From Octopus sinensis (Eukaryota), in the NCBI RefSeq assembly GCF_006345805.1, contig NW_021835992.1, positions 248,001 through 312,000 on the forward strand: a stretch of DNA of 64,000 nucleotides, read 5' to 3'. Position 1 is the first letter of the stretch; every line of letters starts with the position of its first letter. Both the position numbers and the translations under genes were made by a program. Below the pieces are notes generated by a model, which saw only the letters and a list, made by a program, of their open reading frames with translations, was not told the origin of the DNA and did not search any database. Shown in pieces: positions 34,613 through 47,486 of the stretch.

Positions 34613-37600
34613 TTAAGTTTTGACTTTATCATAAAACAGGTCATTAATATGGAATTTCGCCTCTCCGACGGAAAGTTTCCTTTTCTTCCCTCGTTGGTCA
34701 TATTGACTGCACGTTTGGTAAACTCTTTTGAACGAATTGAAATATTGGCAAATTTCTGCGTGTCCCATTTCGATTGCAATGTCAAAAGAACTCTTATTTA
34801 GTCCATTTACCGACTCAAAGTCCAGTCCAACAGAGATGAGATATTTACACGACTCAAATGCTCCTTCCTGGGCAGCGCAATGCAAAGGACTGTTTTTCTA
34901 CCAAATTTGAATATTAACTTATTACATATTTGTCGAGAGAATACAAAAAATGAGTTCCAGTGCTGTAAATGACTTGTAAAATACGAACATTGTTCAATCT
35001 GGCAGCCATGTGGACAGCAGTGTCGCCTAAATATGTATAAAAATAATTTAAACCATTTTTATTTGTAAGATTCACCAAACATTTCCGTTCTATTAGCAAA
35101 ACTGCAGATTCTGTGGCTTGAAATCTTGTGGCAAGCATCATTGCAGTAGATCCGTCGTATGTTTTTACGTCAATCATACTCCTGTCATGATCAAGTAATA
35201 ACTAATATGTATTGGAGGGTCTTAAATACTTGTAGAGTCTCATAGGCATTGGCAATGGCAGCCAAATGTACTACATTTTGCCCATTTTCGTCACAATCTG
35301 ACAATTTTGGGGAAAATGCTGAAAGGAACACTTTGACTTGTTTTTTCATGTTGTGACGACAGGCCGACTCGAGAAGTGTCTCAGTTCCTCTGTCGCCGGT
35401 CCTGGTGAGAACGTCGTGGATTGATTCTCGGAGGTCCTCAGAAAGGGCACAGTCCCAGCGTATTCCAGATAAATAAATCTTTCTTTTTGAAATGATATTT
35501 TTTGGTGGAGTTTCTATAAATAGTTTTTTACGTTCAAAATCACCTTTATATAAAATTTTCAACCGTCTTTTGGGGATCACGTGTTTTTCCTGATTGCCTT
35601 TTTTTGCAGGACCAGGCATTACAATTTTTGACTGAATGACACGTGTTTTCAGTATAACCGTAATCATTGCAACGAAACATATAATGAGAGGAAGTAATAT
35701 CTTGATTTTTTTATTGTTCTCCTCTTCTTTAGCTATAAAATTGAGTATGAGGACATATTACCTTCATATGCTTGATAGATAACTGAGAATTCGTTCCTTT
35801 GTTTTCTTCCTGTAGATAAGCCTCTTTTCCCCATCAAAGAGAAAAAGCCAGCAACTTGTTCTGCATTTTCAAATGTTTTGTTTGATGGAGCCAATTTCAC
35901 ATCAACATTCAATTTGGTTCTATTTGATTTGTTTATTAATTATACAACCCAGTTAGACTGTAATTGTCCATTTTTATTTCTTGTGGTTGGGGTTCATCTC
36001 TAAGACTGAGAACAGTCCCTGTGACTATGCTCCACGTTTTTAAATAACTTGATTACTAAGATTTCCGTATTTACAAACCTATTTAAATTGTTTAAATTCC
36101 CTGGAGGAATCACAAGCACAATTGTAAAGGTTCCGGTATAAGATGTACTGAGACAATCAAAGCCGTCGAAGGAACATTGGTGAGTAGCACAATTTGTGTT
36201 GCAGATCCCATTTCCATAGTCGTTTATACATTCGGGAAGGTTTAGACATTGGGTCTTATCACTCTGTCTTATTTTGAAATACTAAGTCACCAGACTGCAG
36301 TCAAGACCGTCGTAAAAATATTCCTTCGTATTACAGTCTTGATCACAGTGGCCGTCCGACAGTACAGACAAGCAGTGTTTGGTCTGCGTACATTCCAGCT
36401 TATCTAAAATTGGTGCAACTTGGCAGTCTTCCTGAGTGTATATCGACAGCTTGAGTAAACAGCCAGAGTCACATTTTTTATCACAAATCTAGCCATTGGT
36501 CACATTGTCAGTACAGCATTGGCACAGTAGTCTGCACTTTTTTGAGGAATAATTTGATTTTTTGGGATTTTTTTACCAACGATTGAACACGTGGGACCAA
36601 AAAACCCAGGCTGACAGACACAGATCACGGAAGACTTTCCTTCCAAACAAATTGCGTTGTTTGAACAGAAGCCTTCCTTGCATTGATTTTTTACTGATAT
36701 TTCACAACTTTAACATAATAATTAGCATTAATACAATTCTCCATAATAATTTTGGGGGCAGTCACAAAACGAATGTCCATCGGAATTTGTCCGACATTTT
36801 CCCCTATTTTGACAGTGAAGAGAACAAAAATCACAACTCCCCGTCGGACAATCTTGGTTACGGAAAGAACACTGATTTCCAGAATATCCTTCATGGCAAA
36901 TACACGTGGTTTTTTTTGAATTTGATGTAAAAACACATTTTTCTGTCCATGGCATGAAACAGTCAGCAAATCGACAGTCGACTGTGGAGGCCTCGCAGTA
37001 TCGTCCAAAGAAAAAGGGTCGACATTTGCAGACGGTCTTTGTAGGTGATATTTGGACACAAGTTCCTTCGTTTTTGCAAGGATTGGACAGACACAGATCA
37101 AAAACGAATTGTTCACATAATATTCCACGTGTTCCGGGAACACAAAAACAGTGGAATTTGTTTTTTATGGCCAAATTTCCAAAATGTGACAAATTTTGGG
37201 AAATACACACTCCCCCGTTCTCGCAGGGGTTCTCCAGACATTTCCCCAAAATGGATTTTTTGTAGTTTTCTCCCCTGAATCCTATGGGAAATGAACTTTT
37301 TGAGTATTTTTGTTCTATTTGTTCGCAGTGAAGACCAGTATACTGAGAGAGACATTGACAAGTAAAGGAATTGACATGATTTATGCATGTTCCGTTATTT
37401 TGACAAGGATTGGGGCTACAGTTGTCGATTTGTACTGAGCAATCCTCTCCTTTATAGCCTTTCATACAAATCCGATCAGATTTGTTGATTTGTGCTGATT
37501 TATAACAAGACATGGCTACCCGTATTTCCACATGTATTTTGAAGACTGTTGTTCTGACAAATACACATTTCTCTCCCTCGAACAACCACACATTTAGCTC

Positions 37601-39015
37601 CGTCGATGGAACACTTTTTTGTAACGCAAAAATCAAGTCTTTTCTCGCATTTTATGCCTTAAATACATTTTTCCCAAAATAAACAAACCTACAAATCCTA
37701 TAGGGCATAGACATCTATTTCTTGTAGTCAGGAATACCCCTCCATTCTCACAACGAGTTTTGGACAGGTCCTGACTGTATTCACAGCTCTTGCCGTAATA
37801 ATTCGAGTTGCAAAGACATTTTCCGTTCAAACAGATTCCGTTTTTACAGTCAAGGCAAGGGACCGTCGTGGTTGGGACTAGTTGGTTTCCTTCGAGTTGA
37901 TTTTTAACCAATGGAAGACACTCGACCTTATTTTCACTCAAATTGAAAGAGCAGATTGTATTTATAGGGCAATGGCTCTTTGATTCCGAACATGTGTCTA
38001 TATTTTGGCAGCGATGCCCAATTCGGCCTGGCTGGCAGTGACAAACCGGAACTTGATCTTGTTCTGTACATAACCCATTGAAAAGACAGTAGTTTTCGTG
38101 GCACAGTGATTTTGGAATTTCACATAATGTTCCATGGAATCCATTTTGACATTCACAGGTAAAGCCTCCGTGAGTATTATGGCAAATCCCATTATTCTTG
38201 CAGTGTGGTACCACGTGAGAACATTCGTTGATGTCATTTTGACATTGAGGACCTGTAAAGCCTGGGGGACACAGGCACAGGTTTGTATTGTCAATGCAAA
38301 ATCCTCCATTTTTGCATATTTCGCCAGAAAAGCATTTTTGGTGATATTTACAGTTAGTTCCTAAAAATGATATTTCAGGTCATACCGATATATCCATCAT
38401 GGCATTTGCATATGGCTTTTTCTGAGAGTATACAGTCGCCGTGGTAGCATTCCAAATCAGCACATGACTTGTGTTTCTCATCAAATTGACAGTCAGTCCC
38501 ATAAAAGCCTAGAAACGATAGAATCACCAAGGATGTAGTTTAATGGCACATTAGTGTGAGAAAACTAAAGAAAATTCACGTCACATCAAAGCAGTTAATT
38601 AAGCATTCTCATAATGAACCAGTCCATTATCGCCTTATTAATCTTAATGTACCTGTGTTGCAGATGCAGTGGTAGTGACCTCCTCCTGTGGATAGACATG
38701 TGCCATTTCCACAGAACTCTGGTCTGCAGGGATTCGATAATTCACAAGTACTCCCATAATAGCCATTCAAGCACCTAAAATGTGACAATAAGTTGACAAG
38801 TGGATAATCTATATACTACTTGATTATTTTAGCAATAAATATAAGATTCCTATTATTCATGTTAATGTTTATTCCCATAATGACCTGCAGTAGGAAAATC
38901 CTTCTTGTGTTTGTATACATGTCCCGCCATTTTCACAACTCAGATTGGAAAAACAATAATCTCTTCTGATGATTGACAGAATATTTTGAAAAAAACAAAA
39001 TAGAAAAATTCTCAT
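34613..39015 (-). CDS. NOTCH: Notch-family receptor, reduced (1271 aa, 15 exons)
   Basis: Fourteen GT-AG introns (110, 144 and twelve of 25-31 nt) give one frame: signal peptide, about 17 EGF-like repeats (some degenerate), LNR repeats (DGHCDQDCNTKEYFYDGLDC; GNGICNTNCATHQCSFDGFDC), NOD-like GTFTIVLVIPP, NODP-like FENAEQVAGFF, TM ILLPLIICFVAMITVIL, ankyrin repeats, stop at 34613. Confidence 0.9.
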
Positions 39016-40369
39016 CACAATATATCAGCCGCCAATTTCATTAAATAACGTATTTTTGCGATACTTATTACACGCTTCTGGTATCAAGTGGATTATATTC
39101 CTCTTAAAATATAATTTTAAAAAAATATAAATTTTTCATGGCTTTTTCTTGATGATAGGATGTTGTCAGAAATCGAAGAAATGCTAATTAATGGGAATTT
39201 TATCTCATGTTTTTAGATAGTCTTAATCAATTATGAATAAATAGTTTATTAATTTTACTTGTTATGAAAAATTTCAATTTCCCTCAAGAAAATATACCCG
39301 CAAACATATTATTAGATATTACTTGTCTGTTAGACATTTCCCACAAATTTTATTTTGTTATCTTTCAAATCGAATCAATATCAACCGCCACTAATTCTCC
39401 AGGGTCTGTCTGTGGGCGTCAAATTCTGTTAGTGTCACTAAAGTCTGGCCAAAAAATGTCAAAATTTTCGGCTTTTAAATTTCCGAATTCTATTTGTATC
39501 TCATATTTTATTGCATTATTGTAATTTACTATGTTTAATGAATAGTTCAATTTCTTTAGTCAGTGGCTAGTTACTTATTCTTAATCAGGCCAGTTGGCTT
39601 TTATCTATAGACTCATTTAATTTTTTTGATGTAAATTCGTAATTTCCATTTCGATTGGTGTTTTGTATTAGATTGAATATGTATTCCCAATTTTTTCCAA
39701 GCCTTACTAAAGGATATCCCATGTTTATTTTATTGAGAAAAAACAGCGTCAATCTCTCTGCAGTAGAAAACCGAGGTGAAATATGCCACATTTACTTGGT
39801 TAACTTAAGTGGCCGGACCTATCCCTCTGAAAGAAGTTGGCAGAATAGCTTGTCTCCATGCCTGTATATCATACAAGATGTCTAGAATGTTTTCTGTTCA
39901 GGTTGTTGTGCATTCAGCGTTGTCTTTATTGCCGCCATACATAAGGAAAAGATAATTTTTCTCGCAAATGGGCCGGATATTATCATTTTACAAATTTCGA
40001 AGATCTTTTCAAGCAAACCAGTATTTTTTTCCTTGCGGCCTTGTCTTAGCTCATCCAGACCTCTGGAGATGCTGCGACAAAACATGTTCTCTGTTTCAAA
40101 TATTTGTTGATTTGACATCATTCTCGTCTCTAAACAATTCATTCTTGATACGATACTGTACTTCGTCGACTGTATTATTCGCCAAGTGAATGATTATAAA
40201 AATCAGGAAAAGTCGACTTTCTGTTCTGACCTTGTAATTGGAGTCTTAACCATGATTGTAAATCGTCCTATTAAAAAAAATTTTGTATAATATTTTTTTT
40301 AATTCCAACTTTCTTTGGGAAAAAAATTAAGATGCAACATTAAGTTAATAAACGTGCGTATCTTGCCAG

Positions 40370-40845
40370 ACGAGAGACTGACACGGTCGAGAAAGAGTTA
40401 GACCGTACTTTCACAATGGATTTTCGCGCATAAAACCATCTTGATTCGCTGGCGTCGCCTGTGAATGTACACATCTAGATCTTCTAAACGAACCTGATTG
40501 CCTTTCCTCCCATGGAACCGGAAGTCTCAAGTGCGAAAGGAAAAAAATGGTACTTCTCCGCGAGCGAAAAGTACTTCCGCATCTTTTTGCATTCAGCAGT
40601 TGGGAGAATTGATCCTGGAATGGATGAGGGCATCAGCAGGTTCTGAGGCGAGAACGAGTCCACACACGATACGTCCCAGGTGAGTGGTTTTCTTCTGTTG
40701 AAGGAAACACATTGATCCTGTCTGGTCTCTTCACATTTCCCAGATGGATTTCCGTGGGTTCAGGTATGGAGGGGATATACCGGCAACTTCCAAAGCCCTT
40801 CTGATAAGGTCATTAAGAGGTGTGTGCCGCGGGATATGGTCAGCA
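40370..40845 (-). mobile_element. CRE-like non-LTR element, 3' RLE fragment
   Basis: RHTPLNDLIRRAL...KRPDRINVFPF...LTWDVSCVDS...KYHFFPFALETSGSMG. Confidence 0.8.
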
Positions 40846-40959
40846 GTGCGTCTACACTCAGCCTATAATAAATTTTACTTCAATAAATTATAGCTTCAGT
40901 TCCATTTCATTTTTTGAAAAACGCAATTTTAGACGAGTTCTTTTGTTGAATATAACTCA

Positions 40960-42702
40960 ATTTTCAAATATAAGTGATTCAGAGTTTGACTCTCTTCGCT
41001 CAGACTCCTCCCGTTCTGACTCTCACAAAAGTGATGCCTCTTCTCCCGTGGACAGTGAAACTTCCCCTGACAACAACTACTTTCGCCGCAGGGTAATTAG
41101 TAAATTAATGGATGGTGATGTCCGTGGAGCGGTCAGACTTGTTGCCTCTTCGAACCGACTGTTATCTCCCTCTCCATCGGTTTTGTCTAATCTGAGGTCT
41201 AAACACCCTCCGCATCCCGTTAATTACCGCACACCACCTGCTATTGATTCGATTGCATTTCCACAACTACTAGTTTCTGCGGAACAAGTTGTGAAGGCAC
41301 TCAAAAGTTTCTCCCCAAGCAGCAGTGGGGGCATCGATGGTTTGAAACCAGGACACATTAAAGATCTGATTTCTCCCCTAACTACTGAGGCTGGTCGCCA
41401 ACTATTGTCTTCTATTACGGATCTATGCAACCGCCTTATCGGGGGTGATTTACCTGACTTTGCACGGACGATTTTTTTTTCTGCTAATCTCACCGCCCTG
41501 GGGAAGAAAGATAATGGTGTTAGACCGATCGCCGTCGGCAATATTTTTCGCAGATTGGCCGGAAAGCTTGTCTGCCACGCAGTAGTCCCCGAGCTGGCCC
41601 AAAAATTTTTGCCCGCGCAATTAGGAGTTGGAATCAGCGGAGGTTGTGAGTCGGCCGCCCATGCTGTAAGGGAACTAATGGAGACTCCAGAAGAATTTAT
41701 TTTGGTTAAACTGGACATCTCCAACGCATTTAATTCAGTCAGAAGAGATTTCCTGTTGGAGTCCTGCTATGCTCTTGCCCCCTCGGCTTATCGTCTGGTC
41801 CATCTATCTTACTCTCAACCAAGTCTCCTCTTGTTCGGTGATTCCGTTATCGTATCTTCGACCGGTGTACAACAGGGAGATCCTCTTGGTCCTCTGTTGT
41901 TTGCAATCTGCGTCAATTCCATCGCCCACTCTGTCCTTTCCCCTATAAACATCTGGTATCTTGATGACGCCACAATATGTGGACCACCATGCTCTGTCCT
42001 AGAGGACCTTCGCGTAATTATCCCTGCCCTTTCATCTATTGGTCTTGAGATAAACTCTGCCAAATCCGAAGTTATAAATCTCAATATCCCACACGGAATT
42101 TTTGTCGAAACTATGGCCGTTCTGGAAGATATTTTAAAAGGCGTGCGGATCACCGATAAAAAAAACCTCCTCATCCTTGGCTCCCCAATTGGTCGCGAGG
42201 CTTTGTCTCAAACTCTTATTGACAAGGCAGCTGTTCTGTCATGCATTATTCAAAGACTCTCTCTCATCGACGCTCATGTCGGGTTCTTTCTTCTCCGTAA
42301 TTACTTTTCAACTCCGAAGCTCCTATATACATTAAGAAGCTCTCCGTGTTTTCACGAACAAAATCTCCTTTCCGTTATTGAAAATATTCTGAAGTCCTGA
42401 GCAGAGTCGCTATGCTACGTACGTTTCGACCCTCTGGGTTGGATTCAATCCACCCTGCCTGTAAGCCGCGGTGGGATTGGACTCCGTTCTCCCGTGTCTA
42501 TCGCGCTTCCTGCTTTCCTTTCGTCAACGGCATCATCCCGTGTCCTCACTGACATTGTTCTCAGAAACCTACCTGAACGAAAAATGTCAGTTGATCACGT
42601 GGCCGCTTTGGACCTGTGGGATTCATTGTACAACAAAAGACCCAGTGACCCGTGTATCCAAGCTCAATGGGATGCCATTTCTTGTGAAGCTCTTGACGTA
42701 CA
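40960..42702 (+). mobile_element. CRE-like non-LTR element, RT region
   Basis: KLMDGDVRGAVRL, GVRPIAVGNIFRRLAGK, LDISNAFNS, GVQQGDPLGPLLF, WYLDD, GGIGL. Confidence 0.9.
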
Positions 42703-42869
42703 AATCCAAATCCATACTAGAACGGAGGCCCAGACCCCCGTGACTCACAGGAAGTTTAGCCTGACACCAGGCAATATCGTCGAAATGCACATTGAGAATT
42801 TTCTCCGCAGACCTCCGAACCAAGGAATCATAAGATTCCAGCATTTGGGTTGCATAAAAACAAGGTGAG

Positions 42870-43230
42870 CTCCTCAGGATATAAACAATTTTTGGGATCA
42901 AAAAATAGTTCTTGAGGATGTAAAATGAAGGATGAGGATCAATGACAGAAAGTTTTTCACAAAGAGATGCAATAAGATTTTTCTTGGCAAGGAGGATTCG
43001 AGTAGCTGAGTCGGTGAGAATCGGTGACCCCAGAATTTCCAGATCAGACAGAGGTGTCTGTCTCAACTCAGGAAGGAGTTTGCAAAAAAGAGAGAAGGAG
43101 TTCTTAAACAGGGATGGCTCAACAGAGAGATTGACAATCTCGGACTTGCTTGAATTAATAACCAGACCAATGTCGGATAAAGCCGGAATTAGTCTGGCTA
43201 AGTCCTTTAGCAAAACATCAGGCGGACAAA
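42870..43230 (-). mobile_element. CRE-like RT fragment, inverted
   Basis: LIPALSDIGLVINSSKSE...ILGSPI...YILKNYFLIPKIVYILRSSP; paralogous to 42000-42400. Confidence 0.8.
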
Positions 43231-43999
43231 TAGTTTATTTGAACGGTTACTATCCAATGTTTCAATTGAAAGGTTAAATAATATTTCATTCATATTTTCT
43301 CTTTCAGCTGTTTCAGAACATTTTCAAACATCTTCCCGATCACTCTTCTAAAACGCAAACATAAACCTCTTTTTATTCCCCTATACTAAAAGTAATCCCC
43401 GACTCTCGACAATTGTGATGAGCAGGTCAACTCTTGTCTCACTGCTTTTCTCGATATGTAGTCTGTCAAATTTCAGTTGACAATAATATAAATGCTCTGT
43501 CGGATTACTCGCTGTATAAACCTGGCTAAGACTGCCACAAAAAGACAAAATGGCAGTCGACTGCAACCCTGTGACTCGAATAAAATCTACTGGCAATGGA
43601 TACATTCAACTGACTTGAAAAGTGCAGTTTGACTTCCTGCTGAGTCACCATCCACTCGAAACAACGGAAAATTACGTCGAACGTGGACAAGCATATTTAA
43701 TAGACATTGATATTTAATAAACGGAGACCCGACTAATTGGCAAGATAATGCAGAACATGACAATGTTTTATGTCCGGATCCGTGAAAGTTTGAACTGAAT
43801 CCTTCTCGCTCATCTTATCGAAGTCATTTTCCATATGAATATGAGGATAAACAGCAAGAAACAATAGAAAAAGAAAAAATTATTTATTCATTTAATATTC
43901 AAATTTGTCTAAGAACGTGAAGCCGTAGCTGCCAAATACAGTTTACCGACTATTGCTCGCCAGTTTTTTTGGAAAATGGCATTTTTGTACGTTTTTTTT

Positions 44000-44472
44000 A
44001 ATGTTTAAATTATTCCCAAAAGCTGCTCGTATCCTAGCTGCTTCCTCTTTGTCCACTGCAATTGATGACGCTTTGGCCTCCGACGGGCAATCTCATTGGC
44101 TTGGATTGTTCTGCTTTGCCTCTTCCGGCCTCAGCTTTCTCCCATCGAGTAACAAAACCTCCCCCTCGCTTGCTTCGACCGTCAAACATGAACTGTCCTC
44201 GTACGACAGGAACTGTTTTTCTCATCGCTGACTCCAGGCCTATCTCGCCAGCTCAGAGCCTCCTTTCGACTCAAACTGCCCAAATTTGACTGCACCCCCG
44301 TATGATGACGACTACCTTTACAGAAAAGTAAATTGCAAAATCATGGACGGCGATGTTCGCGGTGCTGTCAGGCTTGTCGCCTCGTCGAGTTCCCTTTTGC
44401 CATCGACACCCGCCGTTCGGAATTCTCTCAGAGGAAAACATCCCTCTCAGCCTCACGACTTCAGCCGTCTTT
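44000..44472 (+). mobile_element. CRE-like element 5' fragment
   Basis: YLYRKVNCKIMDGDVRGAVRLVASS...LRGKHP, paralogous to about 41090-41215. Confidence 0.75.
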
Positions 44473-44489
44473 AAAAAAAAGTTTTTGGG

Positions 44490-45200
44490 AATTTCAAATA
44501 TTTTTCCATCGCATTGGATACCAGTACTGACAGAAACTCAAATTGTCGTATTTGTTCGAAGAATAACCGAAACATTCCAAATTTTTAAAGAATTTATGAA
44601 AATATTCACTGATGAGTACAGTGACAGGAACCGACGTTTTCCTGCATTTAATGTAATTTTTAACAGAATCAAATCTCCCGCTTTCAAAATTAGTTGGAAT
44701 TATAACAGATGGGGCTCCATTTATGTTTGGGAACAAAAGGGAACTATTACATTACTCCAAAACAAAAATAAAAAAGAAATGTAATTACTTTACTCTTGGT
44801 TTTTTAATAAATGTTTCAAATATTTATTTAAATGTTTAGAATCACTCAAACGGGTAGTTAAAAATTATAGAAGCATTAGTTTTAGGTAAAAAACAACAAC
44901 TGATGGCGAATATGTGATGAACCATTTAGACAAGTATACATTCGTTATTTTATTCTCTAGATGCCCAAAAATAAAAACCGATTCTTCACAGCTGCAGTCA
45001 ATTTCCGACATGAATGCCTAGAGATTACTGCAGCTAGAAGTTCAAGTACGGGAGGATCGAAATTACCATTAGAAATGAAAAAATATTCTTGAAATTTTAA
45101 AAACAGCTCATGCTTTAAAAAAATCCAGCCACAAATAATAAAATTGTTCCATAAAATTATACAGAATAGAACTTTTCATTAAAAAATAAGATGGAATTTA
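44490..45200 (+). mobile_element. Decayed hAT transposase (GTF2IRD2-like) fragment
   Basis: Across frameshifts: (S)TDxxxTQ...FEEITETFQIF...TVTGTDVF...KLVGIITDGAPFMFG. 3' boundary uncertain. Confidence 0.6.
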
Positions 45201-45806
45201 ATAAATAGAGATCAAAAATAATAATTTTTCAAATTTAAAAATAAGTGGAATAGACAGATTGAAGAAATAAACTCACAAACATTACAAAATTATGAAATTT
45301 CAAATAATTTAACCATTAAATGAAACTACATCGTGAAATATTCCTTCTGAATCCAATTAAATAAAAAATAAAGATCTACTGCAGCATGACAACAAAGTAT
45401 GTCACCCACGTGCTCACATTTAGAAAATTTATTAAATTTTCTATTAATAATTGGATAACTAAAAATTAAGAAAATTTTAATATCTATCAAAAATAAAAAC
45501 CATACAAATTTTGTTTCCAAAATTTTCTTGCTGCTAAAAGTTCCTGTTGTAGTTTCTTTTGTGTTTGTGTTTCTTTTGTTTTTTTTAAATGGACGATCAC
45601 AACGTAACAAAAGAGTAACCTAAAAAAATATTGTTCTAAAATCCAGATCGTAAATAAAAACAGTTTTGCTAGCTTTTTTTAAAAACATATATTCACCAAA
45701 TGCTTTGGGACAAAGATTGAATAATGAATTTTCTAAAATATTCATTGTTTCTTTGATGTTATAATTACAATTTCAGAATTACATCTATCATATAATTGAG
45801 AGTCAT

Positions 45807-47442
45807 CACAAATCCCAAAGAGCAGGCTGAATATATAGCCTCGTATTTCGAGAGTATATTAACCGCTCACGGAGAAATATCCGATTACACCAGCGGATAC
45901 ACCACTCATCTCAGCCTACCTATCACCACCGGTGAAGTATCAACTGCAATAGCCAAACTTAAAAATGGCCGCTCCTCTGGACCGGATGGAATAATTCAGA
46001 ACTGTTTAAATACGGACCGCCTGCACAACAGACAAACTGGCGGAGCTACTCAATGGTATGTTTATGAAAAAGGAATTCCTCGGTCTTGATTCCGGATTAT
46101 TAATACCGATCCAAAAGCCTAACAAGCAGGCTGGGCCTGTCGAAAATCTACGCCCTATAATCTTGCTAAACACCTTACGGAAACTTTTGGGATTAGTTAC
46201 ACTGAACCGAATAAGAGAACAAGTGGACAACTATCTATCCCCGAGTCATAGTGGATTTAGGACAGGAAGATCCACCGCCGATGCTGTCTGGGCCCACAAG
46301 TGGTACTGCGCTATCACCCAGAGATACAAAAGTGCAACAACAGTCCTGGGAATAGACCTGTCTAGGGCCTTTGACACGGTACGCCGTGGTCTACTCCTCA
46401 AAATACTGGAACAATTCCTGGACCCTGACTCTGTCAATATGATAAGAGTACTACTATCGAACACAAAGCTCAAGGTGCGGGTCGGCACGGCGTTTTCCCG
46501 TGAATTCACGTGCAACGTCGGTACCCTCAGGGAGACGCCTCTCGCCGTTGCTATTCGTGATCTATCTGGAGACGGCACTACGAGACCTTCGAAAATTCTA
46601 TGCTGGCAATATCGTCGAAATTGTATATGCAGATGACGTCGACTTCGTGTCAGACGACAAATCGGCCTTACTTCAACTCCTTGAAGTGGCACCTGCTGAG
46701 CTGAACAGATGGTTCCTTAAAATGAACGTTGGAAAAACCGACATCGTTGAAATCATGAGGATGGAGAGCAGCTCAAGTGAAGCCTGGCGCAAAACGAACA
46801 AACTCGGTTCTCTACTTGGGGACGGCCATGATATTGTCAGAAGAAAGGCTCTCGCTTGGGCCACGATGAACAAGATAAAGAAAGAGTGGATCGGCAAACG
46901 ACGACTCTGTACGTCACTTCGTCTGAGGATGTATGAAGCCTTTGTCAAACCAATCCTGACATATAATTCGGCGACCTGGGGAATGTCTAGTACTGAACAA
47001 CGTGGACTCGATTCTTTTCACCGCAGGCAACTTAGATCCCTACTGGGATTGAACTGGCCTATAAGAATCAACCAGGAATCGCTATACAATAGATGCAACT
47101 GGCCCTCTGAGTGTGGAAATCGTCAATATGCGGTGGAGGTTATTTGGCCATATTCTACGAATGGACATGCTTGCCCAGCTAACATAGCAATGGAGGGCTA
47201 CTTCCTGAAAGAGGGATCGAGCTTCCGTGGACGTCCACGTGTTACGCTGCCGGAAACACTTGACGGAGACCTGAAATGTGTGAAGAAAAGGCTAAGGAGT
47301 GGTGAGGATCTGGACGAGCTGAGGAAACTCGCTCACGACAGAGGAGGTTGGAGGAGGCTGGTTCAAAGGATTGTTTTTAATGCTGCACGAGTAAAATTAT
47401 AACTAATATGATTCTACGTATGTTGCAAATAATAATAATAAA
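45807..47442 (+). mobile_element. 5'-truncated RTE-like LINE
   Basis: 17-bp TSD ATATAATTGAGAGTCAT (45790-45806, 47443-47459); (AAT)n tail; RT motifs LRPIILLN, GIDLSRAFDTV, YADDVDF; a few frameshifts. Confidence 0.9.
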
Positions 47443-47486
47443 ATATAATTGAGAGTCATTTTCAGATCCATAAAATTCTAGTGATT

